Virus record (IMG/VR): IMGVR_UViG_3300009514_000888
Location: 1-64,000 of that record
Source: a virus
DNA: 64,000 nucleotides
Strand: one strand, 5' to 3'
Shown here: piece after piece, positions 9,804 through 19,182 of the stretch
Position numbering within the stretch: the first letter of the stretch is position 1
Layout of the letters: each line of letters begins with the position of its first letter
The notes under the pieces: model-generated
Told to the model about the DNA's origin: nothing
Seen by the model: only the letters and a program-made list of their open reading frames with translations
Database searches by the model: none
Made by a program: the position numbers and the translations under genes

Positions 9804-10688
9804 ATGGGTGAAGCAGTAACGTCCTCCCTATCACAGGTGTTCAGCATTTTGCCGTTCTTCGGGCTCCTGTTCGTCGCTCTTTACCTGGGCAAGCTCGTCT
9901 ACGACAAGACAACCTCATATCACTTTGATGATGAGCTGACCAACAAAGACAACCCCGCATTTGGCGCTCACTTGGCGCTCTATATGGTGGGACTGGCCAT
10001 TGCCCTGACAGGCGTACTGTTCGGCGCAAGCACGGATGTCGAAAATCTTGGCAGGGAATTCGGTTCGATGGCGATCTATGCCGCGCTCGCCATCATCCTG
10101 GTGCGGCTGAGCGTTTGGGTCAATGATCGCTGCATTCTGAATAAGTTCTCGATCGAGAAAGAGATGATTCAGGATCGCAATGTTGGAACCGCGTTTGTCG
10201 TTGGCGGCAGCTGCGTGGCCACAGGTCTGATTATCAACGGCGCAATGACAGGGTTTTCCGAAGGTATCCTGCAAGGTATTCGAGATGTTGTCATTTATTT
10301 CGCCGTTGGACAAGTCATCCTGATTGCCGGTTCGCATGTCTTTCAAGCCATTACCTCATACGATGTCCATCAGGTCATCGAGCATGACAATAACGTGGCG
10401 GCAGGAATCAGCTTTGGGGGGTTTCTGGTTGCACTGGGCATCATCACGCGAGCGTCGCTAGTCGGAGCATCGAGCGATATACTGGCGGAGATTGTGACAA
10501 CGCTTATTATTGCGGCTATTGGGATAGTCATTCTGGTCGCTGCTCGCGTTATTGCGGATAGAGTGATCCTGCCGAAGTCGCCGTTGTCCAAAGAGGTTGC
10601 CGTTGATAAGAATGCAGGCGCAGCAGCGGTTGCGGCAAGCGTCTTCATTTGCTTGGCGCTCGTGTTCTCTGCGGCGATCACCATCTGA
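9804..10688 (+). CDS. DUF350-family membrane protein (duplicated domain)
   Basis: Eight hydrophobic segments; repeated (D/E)L..DN.A.G units. Confidence 0.8.
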   Translation: MGEAVTSSLSQVFSILPFFGLLFVALYLGKLVYDKTTSYHFDDELTNKDNPAFGAHLALYMVGLAIALTGVLFGASTDVENLGREFGSMAIYAALAIILVRLSVWVNDRCILNKFSIEKEMIQDRNVGTAFVVGGSCVATGLIINGAMTGFSEGILQGIRDVVIYFAVGQVILIAGSHVFQAITSYDVHQVIEHDNNVAAGISFGGFLVALGIITRASLVGASSDILAEIVTTLIIAAIGIVILVAARVIADRVILPKSPLSKEVAVDKNAGAAAVAASVFICLALVFSAAITI

Positions 10689-10730
10689 TCTGGTCTGTTT
10701 GAATTCCCACCACAAAAAAGGAACCAAAAG

Positions 10731-11417
10731 ATGAAGCACAAATTCAAGACATTCCTATTCGCGATGCTCGCGATTTTATCGGTTGCATTGGTTGTCCCCG
10801 AAGATGCTCTCGCTCGTCGCTCAGGCGGCGGGTTCAGCAGCGGCGGTAGCCGAAGCAGCAGCAGCAACAGCAACAGCCGAAGCAACAGCTGGAGTTCCAA
10901 GCGGCCATCCAGCGACACTGCCCGCGCCCCTTCCTCCACCCAAAAGACTACCACGCCTACGCGCTCGGCGGCGGACCAAAAGGCTTACGCTGCGGCGAAG
11001 AAGTCTGGAACGGCATATCAGAGCAAATCGCAGGCGCAGGACGCTTTCAAGACCAAGCATGCCAGCCAATACAAGCAGACGCCTACGCCTGGTTCGTCCG
11101 AGCCTGCTAAGAGGCCAGCCCATATCCCCGGCACGACCAGCGGCGCTGATGGCGCTACATACAATGTGACTTACAACGTAGAACGAGGCGGGTATGGGTA
11201 CATGTCTAGCGGGCGGTGGGTCATGTATGATGCTTTGGCGGATGCTGCGATGTTGAGCGTTCTCATGGGACAGCGGGGCTATTACTATCCCGGCGTTGCC
11301 GGTACACAGGGAACTGTGCAGACCTCAGCAGGCGCAGGAACGATTCTGTTAATCATCGGCATCGTGTTCATCGTCCTGCTGGTCATTGGCGCTGGTGTCG
11401 CGGCTGCAACGAGATAA
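10731..11417 (+). CDS. exported Gly/Ser-rich membrane-anchored protein
   Basis: Signal peptide ending ALA-RRSGGGFSSGGSRSSS; C-terminal TM helix. Confidence 0.7.
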   Translation: MKHKFKTFLFAMLAILSVALVVPEDALARRSGGGFSSGGSRSSSSNSNSRSNSWSSKRPSSDTARAPSSTQKTTTPTRSAADQKAYAAAKKSGTAYQSKSQAQDAFKTKHASQYKQTPTPGSSEPAKRPAHIPGTTSGADGATYNVTYNVERGGYGYMSSGRWVMYDALADAAMLSVLMGQRGYYYPGVAGTQGTVQTSAGAGTILLIIGIVFIVLLVIGAGVAAATR

Positions 11418-11468
11418 CGACCGTCGTTCAGGGGTGTGTTTCAGCCTATTTAACGAAGGTCAAAAAAA

Positions 11469-12134
11469 ATGCCATCACTAAACATAGCCGACTGGCGAAA
11501 AACCAAAAAGGGAGACATCGTCGTCCTCAAGGATGAGCAGACGCTTTCGGACTTGCTTGCGGACAAGAACCCGGATGCTCTGCGCGGGCTGGAACTGACA
11601 GTGGTCAGTCAGCAGTCGATCCGCCAAGAGCAAGGTATTGTTGAATGGCTGCTCTATGAGCTCAAGGGCTATGAAATCCCGTTGTTTTTTATGATCAAGA
11701 TCGTTGAAGATGAGGTAGACATTCGCATCTACTACGTCCCGGACGATTTTGAAGCAGGCTCCAGAAAAGATCAGATAAATGCTGGAAGATTTTGGCTGTT
11801 CCAGGAGCCAGATGATCCCGACAACTTCGTGCCATGCGACTTGGAATTCCAGGACCAATTCGAGCAGGACGTAGATGGCGGTAAAAGAACCATCCGATAT
11901 CCCGCGAAAGGCCCGCCTCTCTATGGCGAGAGCAAGTCTCCTGGAGATAATTCCCCGACTTTTACAACTGTCATTGAATACTTGGCGAATCAACCCTGCG
12001 AAAACCCTGAATGCCTCATCGTGGAGTATGGGGGCATGGACGCCAAAGGTAATGCCATCCCCGAAGGCGGACACGTGACGTTTATGCAAGGGGCGAACAT
12101 AAATGTCCATGACATTGAAATACTGCCAGTGTAA
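11469..12134 (+). CDS. DUF4178-like protein
   Basis: Beta-rich acidic sequence (W.LY.L, TTVIEY) in the DUF350-PspA gene context. Confidence 0.45.
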   Translation: MPSLNIADWRKTKKGDIVVLKDEQTLSDLLADKNPDALRGLELTVVSQQSIRQEQGIVEWLLYELKGYEIPLFFMIKIVEDEVDIRIYYVPDDFEAGSRKDQINAGRFWLFQEPDDPDNFVPCDLEFQDQFEQDVDGGKRTIRYPAKGPPLYGESKSPGDNSPTFTTVIEYLANQPCENPECLIVEYGGMDAKGNAIPEGGHVTFMQGANINVHDIEILPV

Positions 12135-12172
12135 CCCTGCTGTGTCACCACTGCATTATAAAGGAGCCAATC

Positions 12173-12637
12173 ATGGCAAATGCGTCGAATATCCAAACCC
12201 TTGACGATGTAGTCGAGGCGCTGAGCAAGCTGGGATACTCAGCGAAGAAAACCGAGGACGGAAGCGCCGTTCTTACGGCGGTCGGCGGCCCGAAGCAGCC
12301 ATTCAGTACCGTGATTACTCAAGACGAAAATCAAACGCATCTGACGATCAATTGCCAGGTTGCCGCTTCTGGTCAAATCAACGAGGATGCCAAGGATGAT
12401 TTCTTGGTATCTGCGCTGGATGCCAATACTCGTCTTGCTCCTTTCTCGATAGCGCTGATTACGGCGAGCGATGGGCATGAGGGAGATGACGACTTCCCTA
12501 TAGTCCTGACAAATCGTATCCCTGTTGGCGATTTGTCCATTGGGGAATTGGAAGCCGCCATGAATAGTCTCCTTCGCGCCATCATGGGTGCCCGCGAGAC
12601 ATTGGAGGTTGGACTGGGCAAAGCCGTTACTGCTTAA
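12173..12637 (+). CDS. YbjN/CesT-like (type III chaperone fold) protein
   Basis: Size, ALDAN..LAPF and final amphipathic helix pattern; adjacent to pspA-like gene. Confidence 0.6.
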   Translation: MANASNIQTLDDVVEALSKLGYSAKKTEDGSAVLTAVGGPKQPFSTVITQDENQTHLTINCQVAASGQINEDAKDDFLVSALDANTRLAPFSIALITASDGHEGDDDFPIVLTNRIPVGDLSIGELEAAMNSLLRAIMGARETLEVGLGKAVTA

Positions 12638-12700
12638 TCAGCAGTGGGCATGTCCATTGCTGATCATGGATCATTTATCACTAAAACAAAGGAATACACT

Positions 12701-13375
12701 ATGGCCAGTCTTTTTAAGGCAATCAAAAACTGGATACGAGGTAAGCGCGACGACGCGGCTAGCGCCATTGGCGATCCAGTCCGGGATGGCAAGTTTGCAA
12801 TCGAGGACTCGAAGAAGCAGATCGCGGAGTATCGGTCGCAGATCGCGAAAGCGATGGCTGCAACCAAGCAGATCGAGCGTGAGCGAGAATCTGCCCAGAA
12901 CGATGTCAAAAAGTATGGCAACATTGCCAAGCAAGCGGCGTCGATGGGATCGGAGAAGGATGTCCGCGAAGCCGTGACACAGAAGAATCGCGCCAAGGCG
13001 CGCGTCGATCAGCTGAAGGTGGATATCGACCGGAACAACAAGATCACCGATAACCTTCGGATGCATCTGCTGCGAGCAGAAGCCAAGATTGCAGATGCAG
13101 AAAACAACCATACCATTCTCGCTGCTCGGTCAGAGGGCGCAAAGGCTCGCAAGGCGCTTGCTCAGGCGCATACGGAGTTTACCACTGGCGACAATCCGCT
13201 GTCGGCTCTCGATGAGCTGGAGAATGCCGTGAACGCTGATGAGGCGGAAGCGGAAGCTATAGAGGAATTGGTTGGTTTGGACGAGGACGGGATGACGCTG
13301 GAAGAGCGCTACGGCAGCAGCGGCGATTCGAATGTCGATGCTGAAGTCGAAAAGCTCATGGCATCTGCCAAGTAA
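12701..13375 (+). CDS. pspA: PspA/IM30 family protein
   Basis: IGDPVRDGKFAIED, long coiled coil, C-terminal VDAEVEKL. Confidence 0.85.
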   Translation: MASLFKAIKNWIRGKRDDAASAIGDPVRDGKFAIEDSKKQIAEYRSQIAKAMAATKQIERERESAQNDVKKYGNIAKQAASMGSEKDVREAVTQKNRAKARVDQLKVDIDRNNKITDNLRMHLLRAEAKIADAENNHTILAARSEGAKARKALAQAHTEFTTGDNPLSALDELENAVNADEAEAEAIEELVGLDEDGMTLEERYGSSGDSNVDAEVEKLMASAK

Positions 13376-13448
13376 GGCTTCGGAGCGACGCTGTTCCTTA
13401 TGGCTGCTAGGGCACAAATGCCCTTGCAGCCTTTTCGGATGGGAAACC

Positions 13449-14522
13449 ATGAGGTACTGCCCAATTATTCTTGTTCTTCTGCTCATCAGCCCTGCGCTGG
13501 CTCAAAAAAAGCTAGTAGTCAATGTCCACGAGTTTGAGCCGATGGTCATCAAGCATGGCGATACCTGGACTGGATTCGATATCGAACTCTGGGATGCCAT
13601 TGCCAAGACAAATGGCTGGGAATATGAGATTCAAGAAACGGCGTTCCCTGACATCTTTGTCAATCTTCGTGACGGGAAGGCGGACGCTGGTTTGTCGGGA
13701 ATAACCATCAACAAGAAACGAGAGGAATCGATTGACTTCTCTCATTCTTACTATGACAGCGGACTCAAGATTGCTATTCGCAAGGGAGACGCCGAATATG
13801 ATTTGAGAGATATGCATTATCTTAAGCTGTTTGTGACTTCTCTGTTGAATCCTGCTCTTCTGGAGATAGGATTGTTCCTGGTCTTGTTCATATTGGTTGC
13901 GGCTCATGTTGTTTGGGCTGCGGAGAGAGGAACGGCGCACCTTGAGGGCGCATCTATTAATGATAACTACTGGACCGGCATTTGGCAATCGATTTATTTC
14001 TGCACGGTCACGACTTCTACGGTAGGTTATGGCGATTTTACAGCGCGGAGAATTGCTGGACGTATTGTGGTTCTTATGCTGATTATCTTCGGCATCGCGG
14101 TGTTTGCCAACTTTACCGCGATCTTGTCAGCAGACTATACGTTTGATAAGCTCAGTTACAACGTCAACAGCCTTGAGGACTTGAGAGGGAAGACGGTCGC
14201 TACGCGAGCCGAGACGACGAGCGTCCCTGTGATTGAGGAGGCGGGGGGGGAGGTTTTCGCGACGGAGACGCTGCGTGAGGCGTTTTTGAGTCTAGAGGCG
14301 GGTCGCGTAGATGCTGTCGTGTTCGACGCTCCAGCGGTCGATTTCTATGTCAAGAATGGCGATAACCTCGTCGTGGTGCCGGGCGTATTCAAGCCACAGG
14401 ACTATGGGATTGCGTTGCAGACCAATAGCGATTTGCGAGAGAGTATCAACCAGTCATTGTTGGAGATTCAAGAGAGCGGACGTTATAAAGAACTGCGCGA
14501 ACGCTGGTTTGGAGCACAATAA
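13449..14522 (+). CDS. ligand-gated K+ channel (periplasmic binding domain with inserted pore; GluR0-like)
   Basis: Signal peptide, FEPMV..TGFDIELW..I, TM1, pore TTSTVGYGD, TM2, second PBP lobe with DYGIAL. Confidence 0.85.
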   Translation: MRYCPIILVLLLISPALAQKKLVVNVHEFEPMVIKHGDTWTGFDIELWDAIAKTNGWEYEIQETAFPDIFVNLRDGKADAGLSGITINKKREESIDFSHSYYDSGLKIAIRKGDAEYDLRDMHYLKLFVTSLLNPALLEIGLFLVLFILVAAHVVWAAERGTAHLEGASINDNYWTGIWQSIYFCTVTTSTVGYGDFTARRIAGRIVVLMLIIFGIAVFANFTAILSADYTFDKLSYNVNSLEDLRGKTVATRAETTSVPVIEEAGGEVFATETLREAFLSLEAGRVDAVVFDAPAVDFYVKNGDNLVVVPGVFKPQDYGIALQTNSDLRESINQSLLEIQESGRYKELRERWFGAQ

Positions 14523-14658
14523 TGGTATGGATTTTTTCAATAACAGCCAGCGTCATTGCTATTGGCATCGGCATTTTGATATGGGGAGGCGGGTGAAGCT
14601 CCTCCAAGGAGGGCAAGTATTGCTCTACCAAAAAAAGCAAATCGATTAAAAAGGACAT

Positions 14659-15003
14659 TTGATGGCTCAGTTTTTTTCTATGCCCTATCATGTCGGCTGG
14701 GATTTCTTCTCTCCCGATCCTGGCAAAGAAGAATCCATGAATTGTCGCGCTTGCGGCGAGATTATGGATGTGACGCGGAATGTCGATGGGCCGAGGGGTT
14801 GGGCGTCGGCCATGTCCGGTCGCAAGTCATTGCATGACGCTTTTGTTTGTCCTCATGCCGGAAGAGGATGGCATGATCAATTGATTGAATTGCTGAAATT
14901 GATTCGCGATACTCCCAGCCAGAAAATTGCAGACATGCTTCAAGAGGAAGTGGATCAAGTTAAGCAAACAAAACGCTCATCTCGCAAAAAGTTTGAAGAC
15001 TGA
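14659..15003 (+). CDS. hypothetical protein (CxxC...CPH)
   Basis: ORF; start may be ATG 14737. Confidence 0.55.
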   Translation: MMAQFFSMPYHVGWDFFSPDPGKEESMNCRACGEIMDVTRNVDGPRGWASAMSGRKSLHDAFVCPHAGRGWHDQLIELLKLIRDTPSQKIADMLQEEVDQVKQTKRSSRKKFED

Positions 15004-15020
15004 ACTCATTTCTACGCGGA

Positions 15021-15102
15021 TGAACTGCCTACCACTTTAGGTAGTGGCCCCTCAAGAATATGCCACTCAAGTCATAACCAGATCAGACTTTCGTCGGCTT
15101 GA
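15021..15102. mobile_element. solo IS200/IS605-end-like palindromic element
   Basis: The minus strand ends GCCACTACC-TAAA-GTGGTAGGC-AGTTCA, next to a second hairpin CACTCAAG...CTTGAGTG; no transposase. Confidence 0.4.
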
Positions 15103-15740
15103 GTGAGAAGCATGTCTGTATTATCTGTTGCATGATCAACCCCGATTTTATCACGAACTATGAGCGCACTGTGGCTGAGCTTCAGGAGTTTCTCATGTTC
15201 TGTATTGTCGTGGCCGGGAAGCAGGCATGGGTTATGTCCAGGAAGCTGGACGGATTTATGATCGACTTGTTTATGGCTAGTGGTATCGAATTGCCTTTTG
15301 AAGCAATGGATGATGTGGATGATAACGGCTTATTGATGCAACTTCTGGTGTCTAATAAGTTGGGGAATTATAGAAAACTCTATCGGTGTTTTAAGGAGAT
15401 CATTAGGGCAGACCTCGATTTGAGAGGCTGTACCGTTGAAGAACTGGAAGAGATTCACGGGATCGGCCCCAAAACTGCTCGTTATTTTGTTCTGCACTCC
15501 AGAGAGGAGGCAGAAGTTGCCTGTCTAGACACGCATATCTTGAGATGGCTGCGATGGCAGGGACATGATGCGCCTTTCTCGACGCCAACTGGTAAAAAGT
15601 ATCAGGAGCTAGAAAGACAATTTATCCAGGAAGCTGCGAAGCGGGATATGACGATAGCAGAGTTAGACCTTAAGATTTGGGTGGAGAGCAGGCGTCCTAC
15701 GCCAAAGCCCTGGATTAAGCATGGAGCTGGAGTGGAATAG
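15099..15740 (+). CDS. HhH-GPD superfamily DNA glycosylase-like protein
   Basis: LEEIHGIGPKTARYF and ACLDTHILRWL motifs. Confidence 0.8.
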   Translation: MSEKHVCIICCMINPDFITNYERTVAELQEFLMFCIVVAGKQAWVMSRKLDGFMIDLFMASGIELPFEAMDDVDDNGLLMQLLVSNKLGNYRKLYRCFKEIIRADLDLRGCTVEELEEIHGIGPKTARYFVLHSREEAEVACLDTHILRWLRWQGHDAPFSTPTGKKYQELERQFIQEAAKRDMTIAELDLKIWVESRRPTPKPWIKHGAGVE

Positions 15741-16572
15741 ATTGTATTGCGGTGATAATATGCCCATCTTGGAGGAGATGGTGAGACAAAAATTATCATT
15801 CAATCTTATTCTTACTGATCCGCCATATTCGATTGGCAAGGACTTCGGCAATAATACGGATTCCCTGGAATTGCAAGAGTTCTTGAACGGGGTAGAAAAG
15901 CGTCTAGCACTGATGGATAATCTGCTATCTAACAATGGCAGCATTGTTTGGTTTTGCACTCATCGATATGTAGGTCATATTCAAATGCTTATGTATCAAT
16001 TCTTCAAATATCGCCGTCTGATGATCTGGCATTATAAGAATGGGATGTCTCGCCAGGTTAAAGAGCCTGTCACTGAATACGATCCTTTCCTCTGGTTTAG
16101 CAAGACTGATCGTTTCGTCTATAACCTTGACGATGTTCGTGTTCCATACAAAACGACCAGAGTCAAGAACCCTGTTTACAAGAAAGACAAGGATGGGAAT
16201 AAGCGGGCTTGGTTGCCAAATCCCAAGGGAGCGAAGCGGGGAGATGTTTGGGAATATCCTACTTTGGCAGGGAAAAGATACGAAGATGAGAGGACGGGGC
16301 ATCCTACACAGAAGCCACAGGAATTCATGATTGATCTGATTAAATCATTTTGCCCGAAGAATGCCGATGGAAAGTATGAGGGGCGTGTTCTGGACCCTTA
16401 TATTGGCTCTGGCACAACTGCTGTTTGTTGCGAGCATATCAACAAGATGGGAGATCACAAGATTCGCTGGATGGGCATAGAGATGGAGCGGCAATGGATA
16501 GATGAAGGGAATAGACGAATAGAGGAAGAGAGGGATCGTGTGGTGATTGATGTGGACTTATTTGGAGCCTGA
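15721..16572 (+). CDS. site-specific DNA methyltransferase (N6/N4, beta class)
   Basis: DPPY, HPTQKP and VLDPYIGSGTT motifs. Confidence 0.9.
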   Translation: MELEWNRLYCGDNMPILEEMVRQKLSFNLILTDPPYSIGKDFGNNTDSLELQEFLNGVEKRLALMDNLLSNNGSIVWFCTHRYVGHIQMLMYQFFKYRRLMIWHYKNGMSRQVKEPVTEYDPFLWFSKTDRFVYNLDDVRVPYKTTRVKNPVYKKDKDGNKRAWLPNPKGAKRGDVWEYPTLAGKRYEDERTGHPTQKPQEFMIDLIKSFCPKNADGKYEGRVLDPYIGSGTTAVCCEHINKMGDHKIRWMGIEMERQWIDEGNRRIEEERDRVVIDVDLFGA

Positions 16573-16755
16573 AATGAAAGATATCCATGAATTAGAAAAT
16601 GCTCAATTGGAGGCTGTTCAAGAGCAGATGAAGGCAAAGGATGAGATACGGTCAGCTATGAATAGATTTTTTGATGCCAGTCGAAAGAGAACAGAGACAG
16701 AAGTAAATCTTAGAGTAGCGGAAGAAATGCACCAAAGATTACAGGAGAAATAAAA

Positions 16756-17649
16756 ATGGAACCTACTAGACGGGAATTTTTGCAAGCAACATCAGCCGTA
16801 GCCGCAGGGTTGGCTCTGCCAGTAGCAACAGCGGATGGTAAGGTTGAGGCAAAAACAGGTCAGAATGTCATTACTATTAATGGGCACGAAGTTTATGTTT
16901 TTGACATTCCGTACCCAGTAGAAGCGGTCAAGTATAATACCAAAGAGCTAGTGGCTCCTAATTATAATTATGCTACATATACAGATTTTTATCTCATTCA
17001 GATGCAATATGTTTTCCCTCAAACTCCAAAAATACCCGAGAGAGCTAAGCAGCTAGAGAGACTAGAGTGGGCAAAAAAGAATTATGAGGATGAATATCAC
17101 AGATCAAAAGGGACAAAACCCTCAGATCGGAAGCACTTTGTTGCTAAACCCAAGAAGATGCCACCTGTTGTCTATAGCTCTCCTATGAATTTTGCCATGA
17201 AGAAAGACTTGAAGAAAAGACTGTTGAAACGAGAGGCTATGATCCCTGATTGGAGTGATGTTAAGAATATTTGGGAATCATGCCTAATGTCACAACGCTT
17301 TGCGGATGAAAACAAGATTCATGTATTATGTTTGTGCAAGTCTGATCCAGGCTTGGTTGGGGTACACTGTTTTCCTAAAGAGCATCTGGTTGCTGGGTAT
17401 GGTTCTTGGGAATTGGTAAAAGATGCTGCTCTTTTAAGGAGTCAGGAAATGAATAAATGGAGAGATGATCAAGAATACCAAAAAAAGTCCCAAGAGGCAT
17501 GGAAGCTGAAGAATCGTCATACTCTGCATAATGGGGGCAATCAGCTTAGTGGTAAGGAATTGGATGCCGAGATTGACGCTAAGCAGACTAGGGAGCTTGC
17601 TGGGCATAGAGATTATATACTAAAAAAATGGAAAAAAGATGTCACTTAA
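16756..17649 (+). CDS. hypothetical protein with a twin-arginine (Tat)-like signal
   Basis: N-terminus MEPTRREFLQATSAVAAGLALPVATA. Confidence 0.55.
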   Translation: MEPTRREFLQATSAVAAGLALPVATADGKVEAKTGQNVITINGHEVYVFDIPYPVEAVKYNTKELVAPNYNYATYTDFYLIQMQYVFPQTPKIPERAKQLERLEWAKKNYEDEYHRSKGTKPSDRKHFVAKPKKMPPVVYSSPMNFAMKKDLKKRLLKREAMIPDWSDVKNIWESCLMSQRFADENKIHVLCLCKSDPGLVGVHCFPKEHLVAGYGSWELVKDAALLRSQEMNKWRDDQEYQKKSQEAWKLKNRHTLHNGGNQLSGKELDAEIDAKQTRELAGHRDYILKKWKKDVT

Positions 17650-17971
17650 AGTAACTGAATCTGCCGCGAAGGAAGTTAAGAATATCATGGCGGAAAATGG
17701 CATGGACGCCGCCACGACATACCTGCGACTGGGAGTTCGCGGCGGCGGTTGCTCTGGATTCGAATACACGCTCGATTTAACACCAGATATCAATGAAAGT
17801 GACGAAACCTTTGAGATAGAGGGGGTCAAGATCGCATGCGATCCAAAAAGTTACCTTTATTTAGAAGGAACTATAGTGGACTTCAAGGACGGTATAATGG
17901 GACGCGGTTTTGCGTTCGATAACCCTGGCGCAACCGGCAGCTGCGGTTGTGGAAAATCTTTTTCCACCTAA
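17639..17971 (+). CDS. iscA: A-type Fe-S cluster carrier (IscA/HesB family)
   Basis: GVRGGGCSGFEY and NP.A.GSCGCGKSF motifs. Confidence 0.95.
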   Translation: MSLKVTESAAKEVKNIMAENGMDAATTYLRLGVRGGGCSGFEYTLDLTPDINESDETFEIEGVKIACDPKSYLYLEGTIVDFKDGIMGRGFAFDNPGATGSCGCGKSFST

Positions 17972-18481
17972 TAGCATAAGGAGCAGGACATGGCGGACTC
18001 TCGCCCTCCCAACGAAAGAGAACTGTATCTACTCAAAGATAAGCTTGAGGTCTTAGCGATGAAAGAAAGAGATAGCAAAATATACCATGCCTATTGGGCG
18101 GCGGCTTCCGCAATTGGCAATCTCAAGTGTTCGCTAGAAGATCGGGAAATGCAATCTAGCGGAGACCCACATCAATTGCCCCTATTTCCAGAGACTTAAT
18201 CTTGCTACGGAGTAGCAAATGGATAAACCCAAATATCGATCTAGATGCGTAGCCAGAGTTCTTGGTATGTCTCAGGATGAGGCGGAACAAGAACTGAAAG
18301 CCGATGGATATGACATTCGCTTTTTGGATGCCAAGTTACGCGGGCAACCAATTGACTTGAATGTCCGATCACGGGTGACTATGTTCATCCGCGATGGGTA
18401 TATCATTTCGTATATGATTGGATAGCCTTGCATAGTGAAATAGTTGATGCTATCATTTCCTAACTTTATAGGAGCATCTCT

Positions 18482-19066
18482 ATGCGTTATGCGATCATTA
18501 TCACTTGTTTTTGTCTCACTTCCTGCATCAACCAGCCTGAACCAGAAAAGATTGATCTCGCTCATCCGCGCCAAGAAGCGATGGCTTCTTTGGTAGACTA
18601 CGCCCAGCAGACCGCAGGCATGCCGCAGAAAGATGTCTATAACCTGGTGGCGAATATTCGGATGAAACTGGACCAAGACAATCCTCCCTTCTGTCCGCAC
18701 GCAGGTTCGCACCAGGGCCGCGACTCTTATCACGACCGTTACAGCTATCATTATCAGAATCGCAATCGTAGTCCTGAGCCATTCGAGGCAGAAGGATATC
18801 GCCTGGAAGACGCTATTGCGGATGTGAGTCTCAATGGAGACTATGCTAAAGCGAGGATGGCATATGAGAAGCACCTGGATAAGCATGTTGACGACTATAA
18901 GATCATGGATGAGATTGATCTTCGTAATCGAGAGAAGAATTATCAGGAGTCGATACGACAGGCCACAGAATTGATGAGGATACGGCATGAGGTCTTGGAT
19001 TTAGAGGCTATTCGCGAGGCTCGCGCACAAATCGATGCGAAAACCAGGACGGCTGGCAAGAAGTAA
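18482..19066 (+). CDS. putative lipoprotein
   Basis: Lipobox-like FCLTSC. Confidence 0.55.
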   Translation: MRYAIIITCFCLTSCINQPEPEKIDLAHPRQEAMASLVDYAQQTAGMPQKDVYNLVANIRMKLDQDNPPFCPHAGSHQGRDSYHDRYSYHYQNRNRSPEPFEAEGYRLEDAIADVSLNGDYAKARMAYEKHLDKHVDDYKIMDEIDLRNREKNYQESIRQATELMRIRHEVLDLEAIREARAQIDAKTRTAGKK

Positions 19067-19182
19067 ATTCCATCGATTTTAGCAACATCGCCGTCAGCGG
19101 CCCGGCGTTGACGGCGTTTTTGTTGGTCGATAAACTCCGGCGCTTTATGCATCGTTTTTTGTACAGTGGACTGCTGTAAGGG

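Noticed and set aside
10370-11123. Long minus-strand ORFs (also 18272-18988, 24871-25512, 34464-35243, 40958-41521, 63400-63971)
   Set aside because: They are antisense shadows of well-supported + strand genes and have no motifs
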